A stretch of DNA of 63,886 nt, filler included, from Aduncisulcus paluster (Eukaryota), in NCBI GenBank assembly GCA_024181965.1. It is 10 parts of 10 records of this genome, joined end to end, with 100 filler letters (N's around TTAATTAATTAA, not from the genome) between each part and the next. Parts side by side here need not be neighbours in the genome. Positions count along the whole stretch, not along the records: positions 61,877 to 63,886 come from BQXS01000185.1; 9 more parts are not named here. One strand, 5' to 3'. This document shows, one piece after another, positions 61,877-63,886 of this stretch. The notes below the pieces were generated by a model. That model saw only the letters and a list, made by a program, of their open reading frames with translations, was not told the DNA's origin and ran no database searches. The first letter of the stretch is position 1. Each line of letters opens with the position of its first letter. The position numbers and the translations under genes were made by a program.

Positions 61877-63886
61877 TGTTCAATCATCGACAATGAAGCA
61901 CTATGTTCAGCATGTTTCGGATGTGTTTTACTCTTCATTAGACACAACACTTTTGCTTCTGAAAAGGTTGTTCTTGGTGAGGTATCTTGTATTTCTCTGA
62001 TCGAGTCTTGGCTCCCCCAAATGATTCAAATTGAAGGTCTTCTGAGACAAAGTGAAGGTGATGGAAGTGTTGTGAATTCTGTTACAAAATCTTTGTTTTA
62101 TATTGTTATGGCCGCTGAAGAACAAGTCAGATCTTTTCGTTCTCAGTTGATTCCTCAAATATCTTCCGTTATTGTTTGTGTTTTGCAAAGTCTAAAAGCT
62201 GAAATCGAAGTCTTCTCAAAAAAGGGTTATAATTCGATTATGGATCTATTCGATAACTATCGTGATGCTCTCGGGTATATTTTCGACGCTTATCAATTCG
62301 ACTCCCTTATTATTAAACATTTTGAGGAAATTGTTCTCTGCTGTGAGTGTATGAATGAGATTATCGTACAAATTACCTCGGATGAGTTTAAATCACAATT
62401 CTCGATTGCTCATCTAAACATTATTGTTTCCGCCTTATTGGATCATATCTCACGATCAGAAAAGGTTCTTGCAGAAGCTTCCTGTGAAGATTTTGATAAC
62501 GGAAGGGTGACTGAGATTTTATGCAATATTTTGTTTAGATTTGCATCAAAAACCAAGATTCACCCACATTTCTTCCGGCAAAGCATTGCACCAACGCTGA
62601 AATCTCTCCTTGAAAGAGGTGGTCGAGTTCAATTATTCCGGAATGCTCCTCTGTATCTGCTCAAATCCCTCAAATTATTTTCTATATCTCCATCATTAAA
62701 GGATCAACTTCTTGCATTGTTGGGTCCTTGTTTCGGGAATTGGGTGAATCTGAATCATGGAAATGAATGTGATGGTTTGTTGATGATAATATTGGCTAAC
62801 ATCTCACAACCTGAACTTCGGACGACTTCGTTGACGTTTTCTAAGATCCAGAATCTTTTTGTATCCATTATTGACACAGTTGAGGAGTGTTTTACTGGAG
62901 GATGGATTGTTGCTGGGGAATCTCATACATCCATTCTCGAGTTCTTTTCCAACGTCATTCGACTCTACATTGCACATGCTGATGTTAATACTCTTGAAGT
63001 ATATTACCGAATTCGTGGTCTTCTTGATGGTTGGTTTTCTATTATTAAGGGTGTTGAACACGTGGAAGGTGCTGTCTTGTGGTCAAAATGTATTGCCACA
63101 TTGTCCTCTTCCTCGGCACTTCTTCCTCTACTCTCTCCCAAGCATGACGAAGATATGAAATGGTGTAAAGAGCGAGGATGTGAGCATCAGTACTTGGAAT
63201 ATCAAAATCAATGTTTTCCATCGTTACATAAGTTGAATGATTTCTTTGATCTTTTCGATATTCTTTCAAAAGAAGAAGTTGAGGATGAAGTGATAACAAA
63301 GCTGATAAATGACATGGCTGCCATCCTTTATGAGTTTGGGGACATTTATCATTGTAAAACCAGAAAGAATGAGATAATTTGCTGTTGTAAAAGACTAGAA
63401 AAACTCATCATAACATGTCTTGAAAATAGGAGGGAGTGTTCGCAAATTGTTCTTCAGGATTCCGATTTATATAATCTGATCGAAACTTTTTTGAGGAATC
63501 TTTCAAGATTCAATGAGATTTTTGAAGGGTTGTTTGATGAGATGTTCCTTCACATTTGCGAGGATGTGGTCCTATATTTTTCATATGGTTTAGAATCGTT
63601 CTTTCAACTGCACTCCCCGATGATATTTAACATCTTCAAACGAATGAACGAAACAATATCCCCTGGAGAAACTGCTGATAGATTGTATCGAAGAATATTT
63701 TCAATCCTCACACATTATGCTGATAGAACTCCAAAGGACGGGGCATCGACTATTTCTCACATTATACCTCATTCGAAGGATATTTTCAGAGTGTATCAAG
63801 ACTCACCCGAACAGTTGAAAGACTGGATAAAAGTTCTTGCTCTAAGTTCTTGCCATTTGCATTCTGATGTGCCAAATAAGACCATG
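61877..63886 (+). CDS. Alpha-helical (ARM/HEAT-like) repeat protein, open at both ends, 670 codons
   Basis: The frame starting at 61877 (CSIIDNEALC...LSPKHDEDMKWCKERG...VPNKTM) has no stop through the window end, so the ORF track missed it. Amphipathic helical pattern with a recurring unit (ESWLPQMIQIEGLL / SALLDHISRSEKVL / ETFLRNLSRFNEIF). Confidence 0.8.

Overview
This is not one contiguous locus. It is ten short contigs of a eukaryotic draft assembly joined by 100-nt artificial spacers (N44-TTAATTAATTAA-N44). There are also nine 20-N scaffold gaps, each flanked by a duplicated overlap. The host is a gene-dense, intron-poor protist using the standard code, with short GTATGT...YAG introns. 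Its Ser-rich giant ORFs and LRR/Cys-rich families suggest a free-living fornicate such as Aduncisulcus (inference, unverified). Recognisable genes: eIF5A (3' end), an EF-hand protein, CCT6 (2 introns), centrin-3-like (1 intron), SDF2-like, and probable SMPD4-, SRP72- and Prp3-like sequences. Other coding content: a >4,800-aa ORF with a possible BEACH-type ConA domain, a multi-TM receptor-like protein, two internalin-like LRR/EGF surface proteins, and a frameshifted ankyrin-HExxH protease gene. Mobile elements: a decayed CRE-like non-LTR retrotransposon and a CACTA/CMC-type transposase. One contig is bacterial (hybrid histidine kinase). Two signals stand out. (1) Chains of overlapping short inverted repeats, mostly with a 1-nt centre, recur on several contigs and at gene-breaking lesions, including a hairpin-perfecting 5-nt insertion just after the RT YLDD motif. 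(2) An LRR receptor has tandem 2,046-nt modules with near-identical flanks around a sharply bounded, highly divergent Tyr-rich cassette. All family calls are by motif recognition only; no database search was run.
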